Source of the DNA: Podarcis tiliguerta | Taxonomy: Eukaryota | DNA: 64,000 nt | Direction: 5' to 3' (one strand) | NCBI GenBank assembly: GCA_965153285.1 | Contig: OZ229110.1 | Shown here: positions 12,989 to 25,710 of the stretch, in pieces | Layout of the letters: each line of letters begins with the position of its first letter | Position numbering within the stretch: the stretch's first letter is position 1 | Translations under genes and position numbers: made by a program | Notes under the pieces: generated by a model | What the model was told of the DNA's origin: nothing | The model's database searches: none | What the model saw: only the letters and a program-made list of their open reading frames with translations

Positions 12989-15015
12989 TGACAATACCAT
13001 CTCTCCGACCCACACGGGGTAATTAAGAGGCTGTTATGAGAGTAGGCAGCCTCCCTTGTTGCCCCAAGGAAATGGGGAACACTGCCCTTGCCTGCTGTGC
13101 CCATAAATCACCCTTTAATTCGAAAGAAGGGGGTGAGGGCCCTAGGCAGAATGCCCCCATGTGGACATCGGCTCTCCTGGATGCTGTCTCTGATCGCGCA
13201 CTAGTTGCAGCAATTTGGAATAATTAATTACAAAAGAAGCAAATGCACATATTTCAAGTGAAGAAGGGGAGTGAATTCTGCTAATTTAAGTGACCTCTGC
13301 GAAAGAAGACGACGGGCTGGAGAAACAGGAATATTTTACGATGAAGATACACCAAGGCGGGGTATGTTGACAATGGGGCTGAATGGGGGGGGGGAACCTT
13401 TTTTACTCTCCTGCTATGTGATTTACAAGAACCCCTCCTCATTAGAACCATCGGTTGAACTGACCCAAGCAGGATGATTAAGGTCTGTGTGGAGATAAAC
13501 TTTAACCAAAAGTATGCTTTATGGAGACCAAGAAGCAATAAGAGCTTTTGGGAATGGCGCAGCAATTAATTCGGAGTCGCCATCTTGCCAAAGGATTTAT
13601 AGCCGGGAGGAAGAACGGATTTGTTTTCAGACTGCATTCCTAGTGAATCTCCTCAGAGGTTTTGAGAAAGGAGGCAGATTGGTGAAGATTAATGACGCTA
13701 AGACTGTTTTGATGTATGGAAGTCATGTTATATGGAAAACGTCTGGATATGGCTCCTGGATAAAAAAAATAATATCCACGTAGGATTATAAACTGTTCTA
13801 ACCTGCTTGCGGAGATTATCAGAGGTCACAAAGAGAAAGGAAAAATATATGAAAATAACAACAAGAGATGTGGAAAAATAAGAAAGGACTGGATAGTACT
13901 GTGAACATCATAAGGTTAGATTTGTGGACATTAAAACAGCAGTAAGAAGCAAGAACTTGATTGAATCCCTTCGGAACTTGAAATATGGGTACCCCCAACA
14001 AAAAATTAAAATTCGGCTGTGTAATTTGGAATTTATGTAATTTGGTTTGATTTGATGTGATTGGTCGGTTAATAAAAAAATATTCTTAAAAAAAAGAGAA
14101 ACTTTTACATATATAGCTAGTGTTATAATGAGGTATAAAAATATAACCCCAACAAAATCAATGGCTGTTTCTCAATATAATATTGAAGATGGAAAAGAGC
14201 CATCTTCTTGAATCTTCTTGAGAATCTTTCCCCCCTGCACGGACATATGAAGTATGCCCCTGTTCTCATTTCCATGTCAATAAAATATTAATAAAATGTT
14301 ATAACTTATAATTGCTGCTTTAAAAAGTACATGGAAAATCTCCAACACAGTCTTTAGAGTCAATGATGTACTAATACCTGGTGCCTTGCACAAAGGATAC
14401 AGAAATTTAGGCTAGTATTTAGCCATGTATCAGTACTGCAGCTAAGCAGTTTTCAACCTTGGACTCAGAATAAGCAGGAGGAAAGTACCCTGTGGGGACC
14501 AACATCAACCTTAATGGGCTTGGCGCATCATACTAGTCCAGGTGCTGATAGAAGGCCTGGTTGCCACTACCCCATCATTTGCTGCTTTCTGAGTGGTTAT
14601 GGTGGTGAGGTCGCAGAAAGCGGGGCTCTGTACTTTGGCCCTCAGGTCTAGCTCTAGCTGCACCACTGCTGTATATATGATTCTCATCTAACATAATCAA
14701 TCTGGGCATGTGTTACATAAACCTGCTCCACCCCCATAAAAGTACAACAGTCCATTTTCCAAGCATATGTTGGTAATAATAGTATGCAGCAGAACAACAA
14801 TAGACTAAAACCGAAATGATTAGCTATGCATTATGTCTCTCTTTAGATACATATTCTCAAGTTAACACATTTACTATTTTTGAGTGTTATTTTCTATGGT
14901 TATGCTGTTTTGTGATCTATTTTCCCCCCTACAAATAATACATGCAAACAGGGGCACAAAAGTATCTGAGTTGTGATTCTTGATTTTTTGAATTTGAACT
15001 AAGAAAATAAAATAC

Positions 15016-15164
15016 CATCTATTACAGTTTGGTATAGTGCTGTATAGTGCTGTATCTTTCCTAAGGACAAATTCTAAGTTTTCAGATCTGCATCTTTTGC
15101 AGGCAAACAGATTTTCAGGAGGCAGATACAGGCTGCATTTGACCTTCTCCTCCATTCTCCGCCC
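15016..15164 (-). CDS. Candidate coding exon (GRRMEEKVKCSLYLPPENLFACKRCRSENLEFVLRKDTALYSTIPNCNR)
   Basis: Open frame within ORF 14874-15155, donor TG|GTATTT; acceptor is weak (tatataag). Confidence 0.3.
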
Positions 15165-15714
15165 CTTATATAGGAGACAAATGATGACGACTCATTAGTA
15201 TTCATAAGAAGTCATCAAAGTGGGCTGATTTCCCTTAGAATAAATATGATTGAATTAGAAATGCACAGTCCTGATACCATGACCCCAAGTAAATGAGATT
15301 CTTTCTTTTTTTCTGAATGTGTGTGTTGATATCCTTGAAGTTCTTCATTACTGTAGAATTATGATTACAGTTTAAGAAAAATGTCTGATTCAGTTTTCAC
15401 ATCTAATTAAAAGGGTGTGTAAAGGTTTAATTTGGGATGCTGATGGGGAGTTACAAGTCCTAAATACTTTATAGTAGAAAGCCCCCCAATTTGGTGTTTA
15501 CTTTAATGCTTAAATGAGGATTTTGCAAATATCCCTGTTTTTAAAAAGACACTGATTGTAGTATTAAGAGGGGGTTTTTTTGAACAGAATTTAAATATTA
15601 AAGATGAAGAGATACATTGTCTGATATTGTAGCCTTTTGCTCTGAATATTTATAAGCTTGATAACAACTGAGAAAGTAGTTGAAGTAAGTAAATAAGTAA
15701 TAAAAAGCACATCA

Positions 15715-15950
15715 NNNNNNNNNNNNNNNNNNNNNNNNNNNNNNNNNNNNNNNNNNNNNNNNNNNNNNNNNNNNNNNNNNNNNNNNNNNNNNNNNNNNNN
15801 NNNNNNNNNNNNNNNNNNNNNNNNNNNNNNNNNNNNNNNNNNNNNNNNNNNNNNNNNNNNNNNNNNNNNNNNNNNNNNNNNNNNNNNNNNNNNNNNNNNN
15901 NNNNNNNNNNNNNNNNNNNNNNNNNNNNNNNNNNNNNNNNNNNNNNNNNN
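15715..15950. other. Assembly gap (N run)
   Basis: Run of n. Confidence 1.
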
Positions 15951-16074
15951 TCTTAAGTTTATTATTCCATAACATCTTAGGATCAGTGATCACTTCTCTT
16001 ATAGTAGACTCAATTTGATCTACAAAGGTACTCCCATTATATAGTTTCTGCTGCATTTGATCTTCATTATGAAA
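15951..16074 (-). CDS. Candidate coding exon running into gap (FHNEDQMQQKLYNGSTFVDQIESTIREVITDPKMLWNNKLK)
   Basis: Acceptor ccagtgctctatag, phase 0, 41 open codons in AT-rich DNA with protein-like composition; donor would be hidden in the gap. Confidence 0.5.
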
Positions 16075-16260
16075 CTATAGAGCACTGGTTAATAGGGTAG
16101 AATTATTGGTAATGCGTAAGATTTTAAAAAACATATCTAAGAGTTTCAGCCCTTCATAAAGTTTAATACTTTTTATCTCTCCTGAAGCAAGTAGGATGAA
16201 CCGTTTGATTTTGAGCCAATTGAACCATTTAAATTTGTTAAATATATGATCATTACATGC

Positions 16261-16331
16261 CTTTTCAGTAAAAGATGCACGGTGCCTTTTGAATGTGTCT
16301 GATGCACAAAGAGTCTGAGAGGCATCCGTTC
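16261..16331 (-). CDS. Candidate coding exon (TDASQTLCASDTFKRHRASFTEK), possible GC donor
   Basis: Acceptor cctatttcag; AAG|GCATGT donor gives phase 0, matching the exon starting at 16074. Confidence 0.3.
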
Positions 16332-16421
16332 CTGAAATAGGTTCCTCTTCTTTATTAGAAGCTCTTTCTTTAAACTGATGCTTAGTCTTTGCAAAATGAA
16401 TTCTAGTCCATTAATAAGTGA

Positions 16422-16586
16422 CAGTGGCGTAGCGTGGGTTGTCAGCACCCGGGGCAAGGCAAGTAATTTGCGCCCCCTAACCCGTGGATTTTAGCACGCA
16501 GAGAGCTGCGAGTGCGAGCGCGCCCCCCGCCAGATGTTGCGCCTGGTGCGGCCGGCCCCCCCTGCACCCCCCACGCTACGCCACTG
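16422..16586. mobile_element. hAT MITE (165 bp), young
   Basis: Perfect 17-bp TIR CAGTGGCGTAGCGTGGG; 8-bp TSD ATAAGTGA at 16414-16421 and 16587-16594; CpGs retained. Confidence 0.95.
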
Positions 16587-16879
16587 ATAAGTGATGAGAA
16601 CTTTCGGAATGAAAATTGTTTTCGGTGAGTCTGAATTAATTCAAAAGACCATTGTGACTATCAACAGACCTTGGTTAAAGCTAAGAACAAACTATGGCTA
16701 CAGCTTGTGGTTAGCGGGGAGAGAGCTTAACCACATGCCCCAGTTCAAATGACACTCTCAACCAAACAAACATTGGTGCGGTGTAGCAGTACAAACAACC
16801 AGATAGGAGCAAAGTGGCTAAGAGCTTCTCTTTGGGAGCCCACATGCTTGTGTAGTCTTACTGAGCCATAGTTACTGTG

Positions 16880-17610
16880 CATACCCGCCAACATTCTTCA
16901 GATGAAAATTGGGACATTTCTCACTCTCACCCAAATGACCCTCCTTGACACCCCTTTTTGTCACACCCCCCAGATCATTTCCTAATAGAAGAAAGGTGGG
17001 TGCCACAGCTGCCACCACAACACCCAATGGGACACAGCACACACATCCTCCACAATCCTGAGAAAGCTCCTTAATCCCAATGATATTTTATTCATTGGTA
17101 GATTTACAAAAACACACACCAATAAACAAATCTTAGAAAGGGACAAGATTAGACACACACAGAGAGGGAGCACTTTTTTAAAAAAAACAACAAGAAGGCT
17201 CCTTACACTCTGCTTCACTCCCCTTTTCTTTCCTCCAAGGTAACCATGCCTTTTGCCCGCCCCTCAGAGCTGGTGTGTTATGCAGGGCTGGTCCTCAGCC
17301 ATGGCAGCCTCTCCTCCACCTCCTCCTCCTCCACCACCACCACCACCTCCTCCTCCTCACCTGCTCTCCAGCAGTCACTATGAGCTGCCCAAGGGAGGAG
17401 GCTGACAGCAGTGGCCATGGAGAGGCCACGGGATGCTCTCTCACAGCTGCCTCTGCCGCGTGGACCAAGTGCCGGCTCATCCTCCTTCCTGAGCTCGGTT
17501 CTGGTGGCCCTGGCAGGGGAAATAGGCACATTCCAGGATCAAATCAGAAGCTGCAATGGCTTTTGTAATTCTGGGACTGCCCTTGGAAAATCGGGACACT
17601 CGGAGGGTAC
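16880..17610. mobile_element. DNA-transposon-derived element with CATACCC(G/T)CCAA-type ends and internal (CCT/CCA)n tract
   Basis: Left end catacccgccaacatt..gggaca and right end gggacactcggagggta; similar ends at 44902-45232; low-complexity tract at 17311-17360. Confidence 0.5.
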
Positions 17611-19512
17611 CTACTGTGGCGTATGAACCTGGCCAATGTGTTTAAAGAATGTAAGCATGTCGTCACTGAGACAATGGCTATAGTCCTAGGTCTGAACATG
17701 AAGCTGGTTCAGTTAGCATTTCTTACCACTATGTGTAAACCGGCTGAGAGAAGACTGTGAAGAGACTAATTTATAGCATGAGCATTTTAACTATATTATG
17801 ATTTATTCCAAGCTAATTTGATCTGGAAGAAAACTGGGGTAAAAAACATTCTATGTAACTAAATGTGGGACATCTGATTCAAACCCTCACTTGCTAAGCT
17901 TTGACATTCACCAGCTATAGCACTGCATAGGTCACTGTCTCTCAGTATAGACTACTTCACGTTATCTAGGCTCCTTGGAGAAAGATGGAATATAAATTTA
18001 ACAAGTACGTTTTATTAAATGGACAAATAATTTGTCTGAAGAAATAAGCATAATTAGATGAGAGAATTTTGGTAGCAGCAGTTATATTGAGAGCAGTTTA
18101 AATGCAGTCAACATTTGGCACATTTTCTGAATAAAAAATGCATTGGTGGCATGCGCAATGGGAAAACATGAGCTCACTGATTTCAGCTGCATCAAATTTT
18201 GCAATCACTGGGGCTCCAAAATGTATTTAATAGACAGTCAAAAACTTTCTGCTTAAATCCATGTGTACCACCTGGCTGGCACATTGAATTCTCTAAACAT
18301 ATACTGACCTATATTGCAGCGCATGTATCATTGAAATTTACACCCGTATGCATGAGTTGTCTGTTTCTTTAGATGGGGAAGAGTGCAAAAATTGAGTGTA
18401 ATAAATGATAACATTTCATGTTCTTATCCCCCCCCCAAAAATAATAATAATAATAATAGAAATGAGGTTCCTGGGATATGGGAAGGTATTCATTGACATT
18501 TCAAACAACATTTTTAAAAACTGGGAGAACTGGAAGCCAAATAGGTTGGCTTCAGTGTATGATAAATTACTAGGATACACATTGGTAAGCATTTGGGAGA
18601 AAAAATCAGAATCTTCCGTCATAGCCCATATGAGTGACATCACGAGTAAATTAGAAAATTTTCTGGCCCTTAGTGGTTTGGAGGAGAAGATTGAAGTATG
18701 GCATTTGTAACAGGTCATCTGAATGATCAAGCAAGCTAAGCAAAATTGGAATAGAAGGTACCTTGTTTGTTTGTTTGTGGAAATTGATAGATTACTAATA
18801 TAAAAGTTTCAAAGCTATGTACAACTTATTTAGAAATAAACAACATACCAAATACGTACAGACCAAGAAAAATCAACAGTGGGTCTTTTTTTTACTGTAA
18901 GAGGCTAGAAAATGTAATGGGTCGGGATTCATTCTGAAAGCAATAGTGACTGAAAGTTGAAGAAGAGTTTGCAAAAAGTGCATGATGTTTTTTTAAAAAG
19001 TAATGTGTAATTTTGATATATTGTATTAATTGTACCATATTTGTTGATGATTTGTAAGCCTTGACTTGACTAATACGGCTGAATTTAATGTATGGTTATG
19101 TAGTGACCTGGTTCACATAAACCTTTAAGAAGAACTGTGGCTTATCTGGACTGTGAAAACAAATTGCTCTGTTTCTCCTCTCTTTTTTTACCCCTGTGCT
19201 ACTCCCAGCTTAGTCAAGCTTTGTATTATTGTATCATCTCAACCTGGATTTGTTCTTGGCTACAGCTCATGGCTAGTGAGCTAAACCACAAGCCCTGATA
19301 TGGATGCCACACTAAGTCTAAACGTGGCTTAGCTCAGCGTGGTGCAGTGGTAAAAAAAGACCAGGGAAGAGCAAAGCAACTGTGAGCTGCTCTTTGGAAG
19401 CCTGTACATTTTAAAAATATGTATGAATGTGTTTTAATATGTTGTGCACTGCCCTGTGAATTCATGGTAATGGGCAGTATAGCAATATCAAAAGAATGGA
19501 AGAGAAAGGAAG

Positions 19513-19547
<35 letters not shown>

Positions 19548-20907
19548 AACAAACGAACTTCAGGAAAGATGATGAATAACATTTTCAGAGATGGGAAACT
19601 GCTAAAAAGCCTTGAATGAATTGGTTGTTTTTGGCCTACAGAAAATTGTCTAGGTGGTAACAGTAGAAATTATGGTAGATACTAGGGCTGTGCAATAAAT
19701 TGTTGCAGTGTGGCGTGTTCCTTCTTTAGCCAGTCAGCCATAGCCACCTCTAGGACACTCCATGCTATTTCCTTCCCAACCAATTTTCAGTGTCTCCCAG
19801 CCAACAGTCAGCATTCCCTGACCCCTGAACACACATGGTCTGCACTGGGCTGCTTTTCGAGTTCACAGCCTTCATTTCTCCCTTATGTTTTTGTACCTCT
19901 GCAGGTACCTTTTGTATCTGGGGTTCCCCAAACCTGGTGATACTTCCTTGTTCCACACACATAGTGCCTTCTTGACTACATACAGTAAGGGCCCATACTG
20001 AACTACTGAAATAGAGGGAATGATACTGAAAGCAGATTTCTACCAAAATTTGCAACAACTATACAACGGATAGCCATAGATACTCTGTGAACTTGGGCTT
20101 TGGAGCTTTAAAGGATAGGCTAATCATCTGCCAGGAATGTCCAATATATAAATGGTTTTCTCAGAGGGCAAAAGAGTTGGAATCTAACATAAAAAACACC
20201 TGGAGGGGAGGGAAGATTGGCAGAGAAAAGGAAAAATTAAGTAAATAATAACATGAGCAGCTGGAAGCAAGAAGAGAAACAGAGTAGCAGCTGATGCAGG
20301 AGAGAAAAAGAAACACTAAGAGTTACACTGAAAACCTGTTATTACCAAGAAACAATTTCTAAATATGGCTTTTTAAAAAGCATGTTTAACATCAAATATG
20401 GCTTATTGCGTTATCAAAGCTACTTATGCATTTTCTACCGGAGCTTTAGGGACACATTTATGGCACTTCGGATATATTTTTGTTCTAGTCCTCTAAAATA
20501 AAAATTATTTCAGGGGGAAAGCCGTTTAAGTAGGCAGATTGCTGATAACTGGAGGGGGGAGAATCTTGGATAAAGAAATAGTCTCTGGATCTTTAAAAGG
20601 CAGGTGAAATTCATTCATGTCTAGAATGTATATGACCCGGATTCAATGTTTAACATCTTCCACATTTACAGTATATTGGAATCCCATTGAAGCAATGAAA
20701 CAGTAGCAAAGGTCATGCAGTTTGCTCATTTGGTTTACCTGTCCACAGATTTGTCAGATAATTACATGTTCATCCTGATTTTATCTAAACATTCTACAGC
20801 ATTAGCTCCTGCTTCTGCAGCACATAGCATGTGGGACAAGTGATGCTCGCTTGCAGAATTCCTTGCAGGTCAACAAGCTGCTGTGTTTCTGCACCCTTTT
20901 GCCTGTA

Positions 20908-21149
20908 CAGTGGTACCTCAGGTTACATACGCTTCAGGTTACATACGCTTCAGGTTACAGACTCCGCTAACCCAGAAATAATGCTTCAGGTTAAGAACTT
21001 TGCTTCAGGATGAGAACAGAAATCGTGCTCCGGCAACACAGCAGCAGCAGGAGGCCCCATTAGCTAAAGTGGTGCTTCAGGTTAAGAAAAGTTTCAGGTT
21101 AAGAACGGACCTCCGGAACGAATTAAGTACTTAACCTGAGGTACCACTG
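20908..21149 (+). mobile_element. Tc1/mariner (Tigger-like) MITE, full length
   Basis: TIR CAGTGGTACCTCAGGTTA at both ends; TA TSD. Confidence 0.95.
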
Positions 21150-21689
21150 TACTTTATTCCTGCAGGTGTGTCTTTGTCTCTCTCTCTCTCTTTGTTTCTC
21201 GTGTTAATAACAGAGCTCTTAGAATGACTCCTTTTCAAATGATTTTTTTCTCTTCTGTCCTCTGTCCTTAACAGTCTAGTTTTCATAAGAAGCATCAGGT
21301 CGTAGAATTCTATCAGAATAAAAAAACTGGAGAGGTTGCTACATTCCCCATTGAATCTCTTATATTAGTCTTCATTGCAGGGAAGGAAACCAACCAATAT
21401 TTTTTTCTCTCCTTTCAAACATCTACCCACTAAATACTTTGTGTTACACTATTCCTAAAATATTTCCATTTTTTAAAAAGGAAAAGTTTGAAAATAAAGC
21501 TTCATTTTATCCGTGGCTTCAATCCTACATTCCTGGCAGCCATCTGGCATTTAAAAATGTATCTCATAACCATGACTCGCTCATGCTTCTCATCATATGT
21601 TGCTTACCTGTACATGCGAGGAAAGCCATGGCATTACACAGTGAGAATTCTCCTTCAGAAGAATCCCAGAATGGGTAGTTTTCCTGTCT

Positions 21690-21800
21690 CCCAGACACAG
21701 AAACCACCCACCCAATGAAATTCTGCTTCCCAGGATTCAAGCACAGTTTATTGGTCCTCATCCAGTCTACCACTTCATTCAAATACTGATCCAGCCTCTC
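21690..21800 (-). mobile_element. L2 LINE RT fragment
   Basis: VVDWMRTNKLCLNPGK matches the L2/CR1-group WM..NKL.LNP.K motif. Confidence 0.7.
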
Positions 21801-24207
21801 CTGATTTAGATGTTGCTTAGTGTTAATAATTTATTAAAACAGAATCATGTGAAACCTTAAAGACTAATAGATTCACTGCAGTAAGCTTTCATAGCCTATG
21901 TGACACTTTTTCTTTGACACTGATACATTGCAGGAAGGGAAATCTGGTAGTTTTTAAGGTACCACAAAAGTCTTTGTCATTTTTGGCGAAGTAAGAGTGA
22001 AAAAATACTTCCCTCAGTGATTTATTACTACTTTGTATGATATTTAAAGGTATATGAAGAAGAAAGATACATTTCTGAACCCCCTAAAAAATAGCTCGAA
22101 AGAACATTGGAAACGTCGTGGGAAAATGTTCACTTTTATTTTTTCCATCATTTCCTATATAAACATAGTTAACAATGAAAATACATGCACATTTGTCACC
22201 ATTGTATTAATACATGTTTAGATCTAATCAACAGTATCTGAACATTTTACTAAGCATGGGAAACCAGTACCTGAGGATCTGAAGTGCCTTTTGCAATGAT
22301 TCCCCTTAGGAATTCATATTTAAAAACTGAGGATGAAAAACCATATCTGTCTATGGATAGTATGTAGCTGGTATCTCCTCCGATGAGAGAAGATGTTTTG
22401 ATCTAGCTCTTTGATTTTTCCAGCAGAAAAGGGATCAAGTTGATTGTTATCAATTCTCTACAGCCCCCTGCACCAGCTCCCATGATGTTCAGAAGGGTCT
22501 CTCAGTCCTCCAGAGCAGATGGAGGAGCACAAAAGGCTACTGGGGGAACTGTGGTCAGAAAAAAAAAAATCCTTGATCTTTTCTGTTCTTGTGGAAAGCT
22601 AGTAGATCAAAGAGACTTTTGTCAATGGAGGTATTGATACAACATATGTTACCCCATCTTATTTGAAAACAGGTTGGGAACTGTACTTGGCCAGCTTGCC
22701 GGATCCTTACCTCCATACTCCCAGGGTCAACTTTGACAGGTTAGAGGGAATGCTATTAAAAGTAAATTGAAAGTGTGGAACACAAAGTGCTTTCAAACCT
22801 ATTACAGAGAGGGATTTACATGCATATTTATTTCCTTTTACTTGATGCTCTTGGACAATGTGTGTGAAGGTAGACAATGCGAGACAAAATTTTTCTTAAA
22901 GTTTCAGGAATTCTGCTGTAAAATGTAGGATGGACAATTGCAAGAAGCCACTGTTTTGCTTTGTAATGAGCTCAGTAAGATGAGACATTACTAGATTTTT
23001 TTCATTTTGGAATGTTCTTTTAAAAATATACCATTCATTTATTAAAATGAACTTGTACTTTTGAACTGGGAAACAAATCTGTACGTACACAACAGATTCA
23101 TCAACGTACACAGAAGAGTTCTACATTTGGAAAAGCAGAGTTCCGAGATGTAAAAATGGAACAACCTGCTGCAACTAGATAGCTGGAATGTAACTGTTTC
23201 TTTAATACCTCCGAAGGCAAAACAAGCTTATAAGAACTTGCTAACCATTGTGCATTGAGCTGTCACCTTCAATGTACCTTTGAAACACCGACTTTTTCTT
23301 AAAGGGGAAGATGGGAAACAGAAAGTGTATAGTTTCATTCACGCAGACTTTGTCAGAAAGTGCGGCTGTGATATGATTTCTGTCACAAACAATCTGCTTG
23401 AAATTTTTCTGTCTTTACTTTAAAACATGGAGTGGCTTGTCTGTTTTCTAACCCTAGGTGATGAGATCTGCTGCCTTGTCAGATAGGATCTGAGTTCACT
23501 CACTACCTGCTTGTTGACTGCAGCATAGACTCACTATGGTGGCAGGGAAAGCCTCTAGGCCACTCAGCATCTGTCTCTTCTTGTAATTAGCTGCAGTCTT
23601 GTGTACAGAGCAAAACAGAGATTTTGTGCTGCGAAAGAGTAATGCACAAAGACAGGAGGTTCAGGAAGACTTTGTTAGTGTTTGTTGTTCTTCCTGTTCA
23701 GGACTAAATATTTTCTTATTGCAAGGTAAATGTGTGAAGTGCTCCTGTCAAGTTTCACTGGGGTGCAAGTAAGATCTTTTGCACAGCTATAATTAAGTAT
23801 GATTATTAATTGTTAGCTGAAATATAAAATGTGCAATGCCAATCCCCTTTTTACATTTTACTGCATTTGATTCCTTCCCTCCCCAAAAGTTTTTAGACTT
23901 CATCCTACCAAAGGCTAAAATTCCATGTTGAATTACAGGGCAAAACCCATTAACCCTGTAGGGGGCAGGGGATCCCAAGAGCTTTTGGGTTTTCTCTCGC
24001 GAAGCTGTCCTGTTCACGCAAGGATTGTCGCTCATGCAATACAACTTCCTCTCCTCTCCTCCCCTCCCCTCCCCCTGATTCCACCCCCCATCTGCTCTGG
24101 GTGGTGAGGAAAAACACCAGAACAGATTGGGGGGGGGGGCAGGTAATGCAGGGGGAAGAGAGGGAGGGAACGTTCCATTGTGTGAGGCCTTGCTTTGTGG
24201 GATACAG

Positions 24208-24397
24208 CTAGGGCTGCCGTACATCCTAGTTTTCATGGACACGTTTGGGAATCGGACTGTCAAAATGGCGTCCAGGCGGATTTTTGGCGAATCAGCAAAA
24301 TGTCCAGGAAAACTCAGGTGTATGGCAACTTGGGGGGGGGGGAGGAACTTTCCACAACTTTGTCTGGATTTTCAATTTTGGGAATATGACAATCCTA
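24208..24397. mobile_element. Degenerate hAT-like MITE (TAGGG(C/T)TGCC ends)
   Basis: tagggctgccgta ... tatggcaac and tatgacaatccta form imperfect inverted ends; TSD unclear. Confidence 0.45.
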
Positions 24398-25384
24398 ATA
24401 GAGCACAGTGTCTACCTGCCATAGCTTAACTTCTACCAGTCTATGACCAGGACATTGTTTTCTTCCCAGGCTTCAATATCAGAAGCTAGGTTGGGAGAAA
24501 AGTGTATGAGGTTTGTGGGGGTGGCAAGGTGGTGAAAAGTGTGAGGGAGAACATTGAGTTCCCCACATCCATGCTTCCCCTTTGCTGCTATAATCCCCTC
24601 CCCCAAATAATATGTGATTGTGGTAGTGTGGGGCCACATTCACAACAGACGTTTGAAGCCCTCTGATACCACTTAAAGCAGTCATGGCTTCTCCCAAAGA
24701 ATAATGGGAGATGTAGGTTGTTAAAGGTGCTGAGGGTTGTTAGAAGACCTCTATTCTACTTCTGGAGCTATAGTTCCCAGAGTTCTCTATGAAAAGTAGT
24801 TGATGGTTAAACCTCTGTGGTCATTGTAGCCTGGGAAGGGAATATGGATGCTGGTTTGCAGTCCAGACTGGTGAGCATGGGCGTAGCCAGGGGAGTGCAG
24901 GAGGGGGTAGCTGCCCCCCTGAATCAAGTACAGTAGTACCTTGATTTACAACCATAATCCATTCTGGAGGTCCGTTTGTAAACCAGAACAGGTTGTAACC
25001 CAAGGCGCGCTTCCGCCAATGTGGCCTCCCAAAAAAATTTGTTCATAATCCCCCCAAAATGGGTTGTAATTCAAAAAAAGGTTGCAAACCGGGACACGCA
25101 CATCCGGGTTTGATGTGTTTGTAATCCAAAACATATGCAAACCAAGACGTATGCAAACCAAGGTGATGTTAGGATTTCATGCTCCCCGGTGCTGTTTTTT
25201 ATGATTGGTATAATTCCCAAGCCTGTCTGAGTAGAGCGTGAGAAAGGAAGTCTGTCTTATCACTCTCCCATTGTAAGACTGTGAAACTGTACTTTCACTT
25301 TTACGCTGTTCTGTTTGTTCTCGGAGCTGGAGAGAACAGACGCCATAACGCTGTTGTCTGTAAATATTCTGTAAATTAATAGTA

Positions 25385-25710
25385 CCGTGCAGTGGCGTAG
25401 CATGGGGGGTGCAGGGGGGGCCGGCCTCACCGGGCGCAACATCGGGGGGGGGCGCTTGCACTCGCAGCTCTCTGCCCCCTGCTAAAATCCATGGGTTAGG
25501 GGGCGCAAATTACTTGCCTTGCCCCGGGTGCTGACAACCCACGCTACGCCACTGGTACCGTGATACCTCGGGTTAAGTTCTTAATTCGTTCCGGAGGTCC
25601 GTTCTTAACCTGATACTGTTCTTAACCTGAAGCACCACTTTAGCTAATGGTACTATTTCTGGGTTAGCGGAGTCTGTAACCTGAAGCGTATGTAACCCGA
25701 GGTACCACTG
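25385..25710 (-). mobile_element. Tigger-like MITE with internal deletion, layer 4
   Basis: Same family as 20908-21149; TA at 25383-25384 and 25711-25712. Confidence 0.9.
25390..25554. mobile_element. hAT MITE, innermost layer 5 (same family as 16422-16586, opposite orientation)
   Basis: TIR CAGTGGCGTAGC; perfect 8-bp TSD GTACCGTG at 25382-25389 and 25555-25562. Confidence 0.95.

Larger units (their letters stand above)
12597..14097 (+). mobile_element. Non-autonomous L1-type retroposon (~1.14 kb after removing the nested SINE)
   Basis: G-rich head with AAGATGGC; AATAAA at 14071 followed by an A-rich tail; imperfect TSD GAAACATTTACACATATATAG (12576-12596) vs GAAACTTTTACATATATAG (14098-14116); no long ORF. 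Confidence 0.7.

Noticed and set aside
17275-17568. ORFs with poly-His/Leu/Glu/Arg runs
   Set aside because: They arise from a (CCT/CCA)n tract inside a repeat element.
20908-21149. Regularly repeated CAGGTTA units suggesting a CRISPR-like array
   Set aside because: They are internal repeats of a TIR-bounded MITE in a vertebrate genome, with no unique spacers and no cas genes.
23793-24429. Overlapping 100-156 aa ORFs
   Set aside because: They lie in G/C-run-rich repeat-derived DNA and a MITE, with no domain similarity.
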